A stretch of 63,185 bases of DNA, the filler included, from Candidatus Woesearchaeota archaeon (lineage in GTDB: Archaea; Nanobdellota; Nanobdellia; Woesearchaeales; DATGWN01): assembly GCA_047603125.1 (NCBI GenBank). It is 6 parts of 5 records of this genome, joined end to end, with 100 filler letters (N's around TTAATTAATTAA, not from the genome) between each part and the next. Parts side by side here need not be neighbours in the genome. Positions count along the whole stretch, not along the records: positions 1 to 8,170 come from JBLKOU010000001.1; 5 more parts are not named here. One strand, given 5' to 3'. Shown one piece after another: positions 1 to 8,270 of this stretch. Below the pieces are notes generated by a model. It made no database searches. It saw only the letters and a list, made by a program, of their open reading frames with translations, and was not told the DNA's origin. The position numbers were made by a program, and so were the translations under genes. The first letter of the stretch is position 1; every line of letters begins with the position of its first letter.

Positions 1-75
1 TCCCTGTCATTTTTTATCACCAATTATAGTTTTTTAAACTATAATAAAAAATGCGGGGTTTAACATACAATCATA
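1..75 (-). repeat. Contig-terminal 75-bp repeat identical to 12992-13066; probable end of a multicopy (IS-like) element
   Basis: Exact match of 1-75 to 12992-13066, after which the flanks diverge. On the minus strand it reads TATGATTGTATG...GGTGATAAAAA-ATGACAGGG (RBS plus start codon running off the contig end). Confidence 0.75.
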
Positions 76-154
76 GACGAGTGATAATTGATTGTTGTAT
101 TTAATCTTTGCTGTTTCATGGAAGAGAATATTTATAAAAAAGAAGAAGCTTGTT

Positions 155-409
155 ATGAACATGAGTATTGGACCTGGCGGGGTGGTGGATAAGGGTTTAC
201 AGCCTTTACCTCTTCCCATTGGAATGTTATGGGCACTTTTAGAACCTTCAGGCTACATTGGGCTTCTTGGATTGTTGGTTGTACTTTTTTTGATAAATCG
301 TTATTTTCATACTTGGAAGAAAAAACTTTTTTTTTCATTAGTTTGCATATTCTTATTTATTTTATATTTGATTGAAATGGCTCCAACGCATATGGCCACA
401 TTTATTTGA
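155..409 (+). CDS. Small hypothetical membrane protein
   Basis: ORF 92-409 with two hydrophobic segments; TATA-like TTTATAAA at about 131 favours the ATG at 155. Confidence 0.55.
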   Translation: MNMSIGPGGVVDKGLQPLPLPIGMLWALLEPSGYIGLLGLLVVLFLINRYFHTWKKKLFFSLVCIFLFILYLIEMAPTHMATFI

Positions 410-434
410 TAAAAAATGCAAAGATGTTTTCATT

Positions 435-662
435 TCACAAAAACTCTTTTTTGATAAGTTCCCGCATTGCTTTTTTGGAGAGAGATTTTCCTTTCTGTGA
501 TCCCCATAATACTAGGAGTCCCTCTCTTTTTTTCTTAAGAGCATATTCTCTTAAAAGAGATTTTACAAGATCTTGCATATTCGAATATCCCTCTTTTTTT
601 GCATAGGAAAATGCGTTTTCATACAAACTTTCTGGTATTCGAACATTGAGTATTGGGTTCAT
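435..662 (-). CDS. Ribbon-helix-helix (CopG/Arc-like) DNA-binding protein, antitoxin-like
   Basis: N-terminal strand ILNVRIP followed by helices ESLYENAFSYAKKEGY and NMQDLVKSLLREY. Confidence 0.65.
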   Translation of the reverse strand: MNPILNVRIPESLYENAFSYAKKEGYSNMQDLVKSLLREYALKKKREGLLVLWGSQKGKSLSKKAMRELIKKEFL

Positions 663-738
663 AGTTGCTTGAAGGTTGTTTTTTTTATATAGTTTTTGAT
701 ATCAAATTTCATCAATTTTGCTGAAAATTTTTCAACTT

Positions 739-783
739 TTACGCCCGAAAGTCTATAAAGATGGCGTTTTTAGAGATATTGTG
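739..783 (+). repeat. 45-bp direct repeat copy 1, containing a BRE/TATA-like promoter and internal ACGCC...GGCGT inverted repeat
   Basis: TTACGCCCGAAAGTCTATAAAGATGGCGTTTTTAGAGATATTGTG, identical to 1941-1985. Confidence 0.9.
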
Positions 784-848
784 CTCGTTGAGATAAACGA
801 GTATACTTGAGGAAATATTTATAAATTATTGATTACTATAATAATCGT

Positions 849-1436
849 ATGATTACTAAAATAAGCGAAGTGGAGTTTGCGATGTTGAATTTATTTACAC
901 AAGGATATGATAAAGAACTGTATTTACGCGAAATTGAAAAACACGTTCCGTATAGTTTTCGAACTGTTCAGGTAGTGATGAATCGATTAGAGGAAAAGCG
1001 TGTACTAAAATCAAAAACAAAAGGCAAAATTAAGCTTTATTGCATTGAAGAAAATAGTTTAGCAAAAGAATATTTTATTCTGACTGAACAATATAAACGA
1101 ATTCAGTTTTTTGAAAAAAATCCTTTGATACGAGAAGTATTTGATCAGATTCAGGATTCTATCTCAGGAATATGCATACTTTTTGGAAGCTACGTGAAAG
1201 GTTTGGAAAAAGAGGAGTCGGACTTAGATGTATTTGTCGTCGGATCATATGATGAAAAAAAAGTTATTGAGATTGGAATAAACTACGGGTTTTCTATTAG
1301 TATAAAATCGTATCCAAAAAAAATATTTGATATGAAAATACATGATGATATTTTATTAAAAGAGGTTGTGAAAAATCATATTATCGTAGCGGGGAATGAA
1401 GGATTTATGGGAGTTGTTAAAAAATGGACAAATTAA
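849..1436 (+). CDS. Minimal nucleotidyltransferase (MNT) antitoxin with N-terminal winged HTH
   Basis: Pol-beta NTase motif LFGSYVKG...SDLDVFVV; N-terminal wHTH (LYLREIEK...RTVQVVMNRLEEK). Confidence 0.85.
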   Translation: MITKISEVEFAMLNLFTQGYDKELYLREIEKHVPYSFRTVQVVMNRLEEKRVLKSKTKGKIKLYCIEENSLAKEYFILTEQYKRIQFFEKNPLIREVFDQIQDSISGICILFGSYVKGLEKEESDLDVFVVGSYDEKKVIEIGINYGFSISIKSYPKKIFDMKIHDDILLKEVVKNHIIVAGNEGFMGVVKKWTN

Positions 1437-1888
1437 ATTGGTGCCTACAGCAAAAAAATGGAATTGAATTAATTGAAACAAACCAAAATCTTCAACGTGC
1501 CTATAGAAAAAAAGCAGAGGATGCACTTGAGACAATTCATACATCTAAAAGCAGGGACTGGAAAATTATCGCTGCATATTACACTATTTACAATTCCGTT
1601 TATTCTTTGCTTATGCGAGTTGGTGTCAAATGTGAAATTCATTCGTGTACTATTTTATTGGTAAAAATTTTTTTTAAGACTCATTTTACTTTTGAAGATT
1701 TTGAACTAATGGATAAGGCGTTTTCGGCAAGGATTGATTCTCAGTACTATGTCGACAGAACAATTTCGGATGAGAAAGAAGCTTTCATTTTAAAGAAGAC
1801 GCCTGCGTTTATGGTGAAATGCAAAAATATCCATTTGCGAGAAAAAGAAATTTTAGATGTGAGAAAAAAGATTTCTCAATTACTGTAG
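1424..1888 (+). CDS. HEPN domain protein (toxin of MNT-HEPN pair)
   Basis: W..IAAYY.IY..V.SLL...G..CEIHSC and RIDSQYY motifs; overlaps the MNT stop codon. Confidence 0.85.
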   Translation: MDKLNWCLQQKNGIELIETNQNLQRAYRKKAEDALETIHTSKSRDWKIIAAYYTIYNSVYSLLMRVGVKCEIHSCTILLVKIFFKTHFTFEDFELMDKAFSARIDSQYYVDRTISDEKEAFILKKTPAFMVKCKNIHLREKEILDVRKKISQLL

Positions 1889-1940
1889 TTACCGACGTGC
1901 AAATACAATCTTTTCAAGAAACTTGAAATATTTTCTGTAA

Positions 1941-1985
1941 TTACGCCCGAAAGTCTATAAAGATGGCGTTTTTAGAGATATTGTG
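1941..1985 (+). repeat. 45-bp direct repeat copy 2
   Basis: Identical to 739-783. Confidence 0.9.
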
Positions 1986-2030
1986 AAAGACGTAACACAG
2001 ATAAGTAAGAGTAGTATTACTAATCTTACT

Positions 2031-2294
2031 ATGATTGAAATTACAAAAGTATCATCAAAGGGACAAATAGTTATCCCTCAAAACATCCGGCAAAAACTCT
2101 CATTAAAAACGGGCTCAAAATGTATTTTGCGTCAGGTGGGGAAAAAAATTATACTTATTCCGCATGATGATTTTGAGAAAGAAATGGATTTACTTGAAAA
2201 AGAAAAGAGAGGGTGGGATGTAGTATCCGAAAAATCGCTTCAAAAATTATGGAATAATAAAAAGGATGAGGCTGAGTGGAGCAAGTATTTATGA
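2031..2294 (+). CDS. AbrB/MazE/SpoVT family antitoxin
   Basis: TKVSSKGQIVIPQNIRQKLSLKTG signature; inverted repeat AGTAAGA...TCTTACT directly upstream of the ATG. Confidence 0.85.
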   Translation: MIEITKVSSKGQIVIPQNIRQKLSLKTGSKCILRQVGKKIILIPHDDFEKEMDLLEKEKRGWDVVSEKSLQKLWNNKKDEAEWSKYL

Positions 2295-2422
2295 AACAAA
2301 AAGATATCTGTTTGATTCCATTTCCGTTTTCTAATTTAAAAGGTGAAAAAGTAAGACCTGTATTATTGAATGAAATGTACATAATCCGCTATGTTTTTAA
2401 TCATTGTCTAGAAAATTCCTGA
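2291..2422 (+). pseudogene. Truncated PemK/MazF toxin
   Basis: MKQKDICLIPFPFSNLKGEKVRPVLL is a MazF/PemK N-terminus coupled (ATGA) to AbrB; similarity is lost after about 26 aa and the frame stops at 43 aa. Confidence 0.75.
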
Positions 2423-2990
2423 ATTTTTCTTTGAGTTTTGTACATTTATCCTTATCTTTAATGCAGTAGTACTCTACAATATTTTCTGCTAACTCGCAAT
2501 GATAGTTTTTTTTTGTTTGATCAGATTCTAAAAATTCTTCGGCTTTTTGAAGAAATGATTGAAATTTAGCTTGCGATAAGTTCACTTTTATTGATTGAAA
2601 CGCTGACTCGAAATAATATTCATCAGTTAATTTAAGATATTCAAGATATTTTTCGAATACATCGTCTTTATTCTGGATTAGAGCATAAAAATAATTTCCA
2701 ACATATTTCTCCATGGTGAATTTTCCGATTATATCTTCGTAATTAAAATAGTCATACTCTCTTTGAAAAAGAAAGGAGAATAATTTTTCATAAGCTTGTA
2801 TGGCTTCTTTATAGTTTGCTTTTTTTAGTTCTTGCTCACTCATACGAAAGTATGCTTTTATTATTTTTAGACCTTCTTGACCATATCTGTAATCATATTG
2901 ATACACACCTTTTTTTACATCTCTGATGAATTTATCAATATCTTTTGTGAGTGTTTTTTCACTTAATACGTAAGTTTTTATGATTTTCAT
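2397..2990 (-). CDS. Hypothetical helical (TPR-like) protein
   Basis: 197-aa ORF; no recognised motif. Confidence 0.65.
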   Translation of the reverse strand: MKIIKTYVLSEKTLTKDIDKFIRDVKKGVYQYDYRYGQEGLKIIKAYFRMSEQELKKANYKEAIQAYEKLFSFLFQREYDYFNYEDIIGKFTMEKYVGNYFYALIQNKDDVFEKYLEYLKLTDEYYFESAFQSIKVNLSQAKFQSFLQKAEEFLESDQTKKNYHCELAENIVEYYCIKDKDKCTKLKEKFRNFLDND

Positions 2991-3138
2991 TGTTCTAACT
3001 TTTCCTTAAGCGCTTTTTGCATCTATTTTTTTATTGTTTTCATAGGGGTTATTTCCAAAACCTCATGGGCATTGAAGTCCGATGAGATAAGTTGATTTTG
3101 ATACCATAATGGGAGAATTAGTCGACGACATTAATTTC

Positions 3139-3232
3139 GCATAACTCGGCGATTTCACGACAGCTGTCAAGTTTGCAAAATCAGAGCTGCATGAATCGCT
3201 CTGATTTTTGATTTTACGCCAAGGAGTTATGC
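3139..3232 (+). ncRNA. Structured intergenic element, family copy A
   Basis: GCATAACTC/GAGTTATGC stem, GGCG/CGCC helix, AAG bulge, GAC-AGCT-GTC hairpin, GC, AAAATCAGAGC/GCTCTGATTTT hairpin, TGATTTTA linker; RNA versus DNA nature is inferred. Confidence 0.55.
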
Positions 3233-3294
3233 TTTTCTTTTGCCGCTAACTAAATATAAGGAATATTTATAAGATTAATGCCATAAAATCAGAT

Positions 3295-3627
3295 ATGGAT
3301 TGTTTAATTATCAAAAAAGAGCATCTTGATAAGATTTTTTCGGGAAAGAAGACTTGGGAAATCAGAAGTTCAAGAACTCATAAAAGAGGGAAAATAGGGC
3401 TTATACAAAGTGGTTCTGGAAATATTGTGGGTGAATGTGAGGTAGTCGATTGTTCTGATGAACTAACTTTGGAAGAATATCTAAAGAACAAAGACAAGCA
3501 TTGCTCAGAGAATACGAAATTAACATACAAAAAAACTTATGCGTGGGTTCTCAAAAATGCTAAAAGATATTCCAAACCTCTTAAGTATAAACACCCTGCG
3601 GGAGCTATTATCTGGGTTAAAGTTTGA
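3295..3627 (+). CDS. ASCH domain protein
   Basis: LIIKK...I.SGKKTWEIRS motif (GxKxxExR) and C-terminal YAWVL. Confidence 0.9.
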   Translation: MDCLIIKKEHLDKIFSGKKTWEIRSSRTHKRGKIGLIQSGSGNIVGECEVVDCSDELTLEEYLKNKDKHCSENTKLTYKKTYAWVLKNAKRYSKPLKYKHPAGAIIWVKV

Positions 3628-3662
3628 GTAAAGGTTATAAATGATCTTGAAAAATAAATACT

Positions 3663-4373
3663 ATGCCAAATAAATATGTGGATTTTGTTAGTGATAAGGA
3701 TTTTTTAGAATGTGTGAAGTGGGTATGTGAAGCTTACCCTCAAATTAATGATGTTAATGAAGTAAATATGAAATCTCTTACAAAAAATGCATTAGACCCT
3801 GTGAAAATGGTTTTTGATATTTTTAATGGAGAGATTGATTTTAACCAGTGGATAAAAAATGAGCAAATACGACAAGCAGATAAAACTGTCACAAATAGAA
3901 TAGGTGAGTTTCATCAAAGGTTGCTAGGAAAAGTTGCTGGTTGGGAAGATTTGGGCAGAGGTGATCCTCTAGGAATTGATCTAAAAAAATCAGATAATAC
4001 TATTTTTATTGAATTAAAAAATAAGCATAATACTGTTAAAGGAGAAGATCAGAAACATGTTTTTGATAAATTGAAAAGAGTTTCAAAACAGAACCCTTCT
4101 TCGAAAATATATTACGCGTATATTTTACCTAAAAAACCAAGTTCTGGTGAAAGAGTTTGGAATCCTTCCCAAAGAAGTTCTAAAGTTAATATTCTAGAAG
4201 CATGGGGTGGGAGGGTATATGAAATTGTTACTCAAAAATCTGACTCATTAGAACAAGTTTACAAAGCACTCCCGATTGCAATTGCAACAGTCTTACAAAA
4301 TAAGAGAAAAATTACGCGGTTTGAGAAACAAAAGCTGAAAGAACTTTTTGACTTGTCTCTTGGTACGCAATAG
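3663..4373 (+). CDS. Type II restriction endonuclease, Eco47II family
   Basis: RQ.DKT..N.IGEFHQ, GID and IELKNKHNT PD-(D/E)xK-type motifs; convergent with a C5 methyltransferase. Confidence 0.8.
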   Translation: MPNKYVDFVSDKDFLECVKWVCEAYPQINDVNEVNMKSLTKNALDPVKMVFDIFNGEIDFNQWIKNEQIRQADKTVTNRIGEFHQRLLGKVAGWEDLGRGDPLGIDLKKSDNTIFIELKNKHNTVKGEDQKHVFDKLKRVSKQNPSSKIYYAYILPKKPSSGERVWNPSQRSSKVNILEAWGGRVYEIVTQKSDSLEQVYKALPIAIATVLQNKRKITRFEKQKLKELFDLSLGTQ

Positions 4374-5346
4374 TTTTTCCCTCTAATGAACTAATAATCT
4401 CTTTTCCAATAGCTTCTGCAACTTTTACTGCAACTGCATTCCCAATTTGTTTGTATTGAGAACTAATACTTCCTTGAAATATCCAATTATCTGGAAAAGA
4501 TTGTATTCGAGCATATTCTCTTACAGTAAATGGTCTAGTTTCTTCAGGATGACACCGTTCAGTTTGTTTTTGAGATGGGCTTGTTGTTAAAGTTAAGCAT
4601 GGTTCATCCCAAGAAATTCTTCTTGCCATACCTCTTTTTCCTCCTCCACTATGAAAGCTCTTGCCCATAAATTCTTTTTGAACATTGATTGGTAAGTCTA
4701 TCCAGCAACCTCCTGGAGGAACTAAGTCTAATATTTTCTTTCTTTTATCAGAATATTTCGTCCCTTCTGACTTTGGAACATCCTTTAGAGCTTCTTTTAA
4801 AGTGCAAATATTTTTAGATGGTAACGGGAAAGAAAAATTAAATTCGGGCTTTGTTCCTATGATAATTAATCTTTTACGTTTTTGAGCAACACCGAAGTTA
4901 ACTGCGTTTAGTAATTTGTATTGAACATTGTAACCTAGTTCTTTAAGAACTTCAATCATTGTTTGAAGAGTTTTTCCATTTTCATGGCGTACTAATCCTT
5001 CGACATTTTCTCCAATAAATATCTTGGGTTGAACTTCTTTAATACACCTTGCAAACTCAAAAAAAAGAGTTCCTCTTGTATCTTCAAAACCGAGACGTTT
5101 TCCAGCTAAACTAAATGCTTGGCATGGGAAGCCTCCTGCGACAACATCTGCTTTCATTTTTGAATAATCTACTTTACTAACATCAGCATGGATTACCTTC
5201 CAGTGAGGTCTATTTTTTTTAAGAGTTTCAACACAATCTTTGTCAATTTCAACAAGAGCCTCAGTAACTAGACCTGCTTTTTCTAAGCCAAGAGCCATTC
5301 CTCCAGCACCTGCAAAAAGTTCAATTACTGTGTACTTCTTTTCCAT
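4312..5346 (-). CDS. dcm: C5-cytosine DNA methyltransferase (M.Sau96I/M.Eco47II-like, probably GGNCC)
   Basis: Motifs ELFAGAGG, GFPCQAFS, ENV, QKRKR, TVREYARIQSFP, QIGNAV; specificity inferred from the TRD resemblance. Confidence 0.92.
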   Translation of the reverse strand: MEKKYTVIELFAGAGGMALGLEKAGLVTEALVEIDKDCVETLKKNRPHWKVIHADVSKVDYSKMKADVVAGGFPCQAFSLAGKRLGFEDTRGTLFFEFARCIKEVQPKIFIGENVEGLVRHENGKTLQTMIEVLKELGYNVQYKLLNAVNFGVAQKRKRLIIIGTKPEFNFSFPLPSKNICTLKEALKDVPKSEGTKYSDKRKKILDLVPPGGCWIDLPINVQKEFMGKSFHSGGGKRGMARRISWDEPCLTLTTSPSQKQTERCHPEETRPFTVREYARIQSFPDNWIFQGSISSQYKQIGNAVAVKVAEAIGKEIISSLEGKTIAYQETSQKVLSAFVSQTA

Positions 5347-5474
5347 AAGATAGTCATATATTCAGTATTTTATAAAACTTGTTCTTATCTTTGTCTAGTG
5401 CCTAGTGTTATTTAAATAGACTTTAAATTTCATTACACCCTCCAACATCATCGCCTTTATTAACACATTCTGTT

Positions 5475-5657
5475 ATTAAGAGTTTCGCAGGTATAATACC
5501 TCGGACTTCAGTCCGCAAACTCTTAATTCAAAAGTTCGCTGCTCGAAGCTAATTGAAAAACACAAGTTTTTCAAACCCAGAAAACTAGGAAGTTTTCTAG
5601 GTATACCTGCCTTAAAGAGACGGGATATCACGCTTCTCACCTAATCGCGAACTTTTG
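5475..5657. ncRNA. Highly structured intergenic element with potential pseudoknot
   Basis: Perfect stems 5475-5485/5517-5527, 5502-5507/5510-5515, 5529-5539/5647-5657, 5553-5561/5566-5574, 5579-5586/5591-5598, plus crossing pair GCAGGTATA(5487-5495)/TATACCTGC(5602-5610). Confidence 0.5.
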
Positions 5658-5730
5658 TTATTTTTATTTTCTGAAAATTTTTCAGCTTTTTCGCCTTGAA
5701 ATATATAAGGAGTATTGAATTTCAAAATTC

Positions 5731-6903
5731 ATGTTCCTTGAAATCTTACTCGCAATCCTCATTGGTGTGACTGCCGGGACTTTTACAGGCGTTATACCTG
5801 GACTGCATGTCAATGCCATTGCAGCGGTGAGTGTGACATTTGCAGGTTTGATTGAAACAACACTCTTAGTTGTCTTTATTATTGCAATGTCGGTTACACA
5901 CACTTTTATGGATATTTTGCCCTCAACGTACTTAGGAGCGCCCGGAGAAACCTATCTGATTAGCGCACTCCCTGCACATCAATTACTCATGGAAGGAAAG
6001 GGTCATTTTGCTGTCTTTTTGAGCCTTGTAGGTGGGCTGATGACATTGGTATGGATTCTTATATTTAGCGTCGTTGTCTTTTCTCTTCTGCCCTTTTTGC
6101 AAGGGTTTATAGCTCCCATAGTTGGGTATGTACTCTTAGTGGTGGTTTGCTATTTAGTCTTTAAAGATGGACTGCAAGCATTTCTTGTTTTTGTATTAGC
6201 GGCCGTTCTTGGAATGCTTACCCTTAATGTCGGATTAACACAACCCTTTTTGCCTCTTTTTTCTGGATTATTTGGAGTTTCGTTGTTATTATTGAGTCTG
6301 CAAACTGTCTCTTCTATTCCCAAACAACATCATCAATCATATTCTGTTGGTTTTTTTCAAAGCGCGGGCATGGGTTTGCTTGCAACTATTGGTGGCTTTT
6401 TTGCTGCGTTTCTTCCAGGACTTGGAACAAGTCAGATTGCAATTTATGCATGTCAATTTGTCAAACAAACTGCGCAAAATTATCTTCTTATTACTGGAGG
6501 TTTAAACACCGCAAGCTTTGTCCTCTCTTTATTCACATTTTATATAATCGAGCGAGCAAGAAATGGAAGTTTGGTTGCAATTGAGTCCATAGTTTCATTT
6601 GACTCGCAATTATTTTTTCTTGGTATTGGTGTTGCGCTGCTTAGCTGCTCACTTGCGTCTATTATTACTCTGGTAAGCTCAAAGGGATTTGCGACAATGA
6701 TGAGTAAAATTCCGTATGCATTTTTGGTGTTTAGCGTCATTGGGTTTTTATGCGCTCTTGTCTTTTTTCTTGATGGCTTGTTTGGCTTGCTTTTTTTAGC
6801 AAGTGCAACTTCGCTTGGAATTTACACACAATTGCAAGGGGTTGCCAAGCATCATTTGATGGGAAGTCTTTTAATTGTGGTTTTGCTGTTTTTTCTTTCG
6901 TAA
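5731..6903 (+). CDS. TctA-like (DUF112) tripartite tricarboxylate transporter family permease
   Basis: GTFTGVIPGLHVN, HTFMDILPSTYLGAP, LPAHQLLMEGKG, FLPGLG motifs; polytopic. Confidence 0.85.
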   Translation: MFLEILLAILIGVTAGTFTGVIPGLHVNAIAAVSVTFAGLIETTLLVVFIIAMSVTHTFMDILPSTYLGAPGETYLISALPAHQLLMEGKGHFAVFLSLVGGLMTLVWILIFSVVVFSLLPFLQGFIAPIVGYVLLVVVCYLVFKDGLQAFLVFVLAAVLGMLTLNVGLTQPFLPLFSGLFGVSLLLLSLQTVSSIPKQHHQSYSVGFFQSAGMGLLATIGGFFAAFLPGLGTSQIAIYACQFVKQTAQNYLLITGGLNTASFVLSLFTFYIIERARNGSLVAIESIVSFDSQLFFLGIGVALLSCSLASIITLVSSKGFATMMSKIPYAFLVFSVIGFLCALVFFLDGLFGLLFLASATSLGIYTQLQGVAKHHLMGSLLIVVLLFFLS

Positions 6904-6935
6904 ATTTTAAAAGGGCTAAGCGTTGCAAACACTCT

Positions 6936-7745
6936 ATGAGTTTGCAAGTGCAGGGAGTATCAAAGCAGTATCAAAGAAAATATGCAGTCGATGATGTTTC
7001 TTTTAGCGTAAAAGCGGGAAGTATTGTCGCGTTATTAGGTTCAAATGGGGCGGGAAAATCAACAACGATTAAGATGATTTGTGGTCTGATAAAACCAACA
7101 AAAGGATCGCTGACAATTTTTGACACGACGTATCAGACAAATGGAAAATACATTCGGCAAAATCTAGGATATATACCCGAAGAAAGTGCATTATATGAAG
7201 ATGTGGGAATGCTTGACTATTTAGATTTTTTTAGCTCTGTGTATGCAATTACAAAAGCACGAATAAAATTAAAACAACTCTGCAAAGAATTAGATTTACC
7301 TTACAAGAACGCACAATTAGGAACATTTTCAAAAGGGATGAAAAGAAAGGTTCTTTTAATTCGAGCTGTGTTGCATGACCCTCAGCTCTTAGTATTGGAT
7401 GAGCCCGCCTCAGGTTTAGATCCACAATCGGCGCTTGTTATTTTAGACTGGCTTAAAAAACAAAAAGAGAAGGGAACATGCATTGTTTTTTCCTCGCATA
7501 ATCTTTCACACGTGCAAAAAATTGCAGACACTATTATTTTACTTGATAAAGGAAAAAAGATTTTTGATGGTGATGTCCAGTCATTTGTACATAGACCACT
7601 TCTGGTTACATTTTCTCAAAACGAAAAGATAAAAAAGGTTCATTGTACAACAAAAGAACTTGAGAACTATATTCGAGAAGGTGCTTCCATAATTGAGATA
7701 CAGGCTGCAGGCGTTGAGGATGCCTTTTTTTCACGGATACAATGA
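6936..7745 (+). CDS. ABC transporter ATP-binding protein
   Basis: Walker A GSNGAGKS, signature FSKGM, Walker B LVLDEP, H-loop SSH. Confidence 0.95.
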   Translation: MSLQVQGVSKQYQRKYAVDDVSFSVKAGSIVALLGSNGAGKSTTIKMICGLIKPTKGSLTIFDTTYQTNGKYIRQNLGYIPEESALYEDVGMLDYLDFFSSVYAITKARIKLKQLCKELDLPYKNAQLGTFSKGMKRKVLLIRAVLHDPQLLVLDEPASGLDPQSALVILDWLKKQKEKGTCIVFSSHNLSHVQKIADTIILLDKGKKIFDGDVQSFVHRPLLVTFSQNEKIKKVHCTTKELENYIREGASIIEIQAAGVEDAFFSRIQ

Positions 7746-8170
7746 CGTATTTTGGTTCTATTCGCTTTGAATTGGCAAAACGTCGACAAATGCCACGCTC
7801 ACTTGGAGTTATTATTCTTGTACTCGTCTGTGCGTTTGCACTTTTATATGCATTCGTTCCCTTGCAAGCACAAGCGCCCTATCCTATTTATGAACAACCA
7901 TCATTTGCACAATCACAGTATCGTGAGGGGCTCTCTTCGTATTATTTATTAGAACCGACAAATGTGTTTATTGGCGAAAATACGTTTTATGCTCGTGCGC
8001 TCTTTGATAGAATACGTACGGATCTTCTTTATTTGCGCGTTCCGGATGCGCAACTTCAACTTGGTGTGTTTGTCAATTATGTGCAACGAGAACACGAACG
8101 AGCATTGGCTTTACCACAAAGTACTTTTGATCAATCATCCGAACAATCTCAAGAGCCGCGAGATGTAGGG
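7742..8170 (+). CDS. Probable ABC permease, N-terminal part (cut by assembly gap)
   Basis: ATGA coupling to the ABC ATPase; N-terminal TM helix; runs into Ns. Confidence 0.5.
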
Positions 8171-8270
8171 NNNNNNNNNNNNNNNNNNNNNNNNNNNNNN
8201 NNNNNNNNNNNNNNTTAATTAATTAANNNNNNNNNNNNNNNNNNNNNNNNNNNNNNNNNNNNNNNNNNNN
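8171..8270. other. Artificial contig linker
   Basis: N44-TTAATTAATTAA-N44. Confidence 0.98.

Noticed and set aside
3133..3160. dif/Xer-like half site ATTTCGCATAA (also ATAA-TTTAC-TTATGTCCAAA near 28632)
   Set aside because: No matching second arm at 6-bp spacing.
3139..3232. Integron attC interpretation (GCATAAC...GTTATGC ends)
   Set aside because: Only copy A has AAC/GTT. The other copies lack it, the L-box/unpaired-spacer layout is absent and no integrase is in the window.
8171..8270. TTAATTAATTAA palindrome within N runs, occurring five times
   Set aside because: Artificial all-frame-stop contig linker, not biology; adjacency across linkers is unproven.
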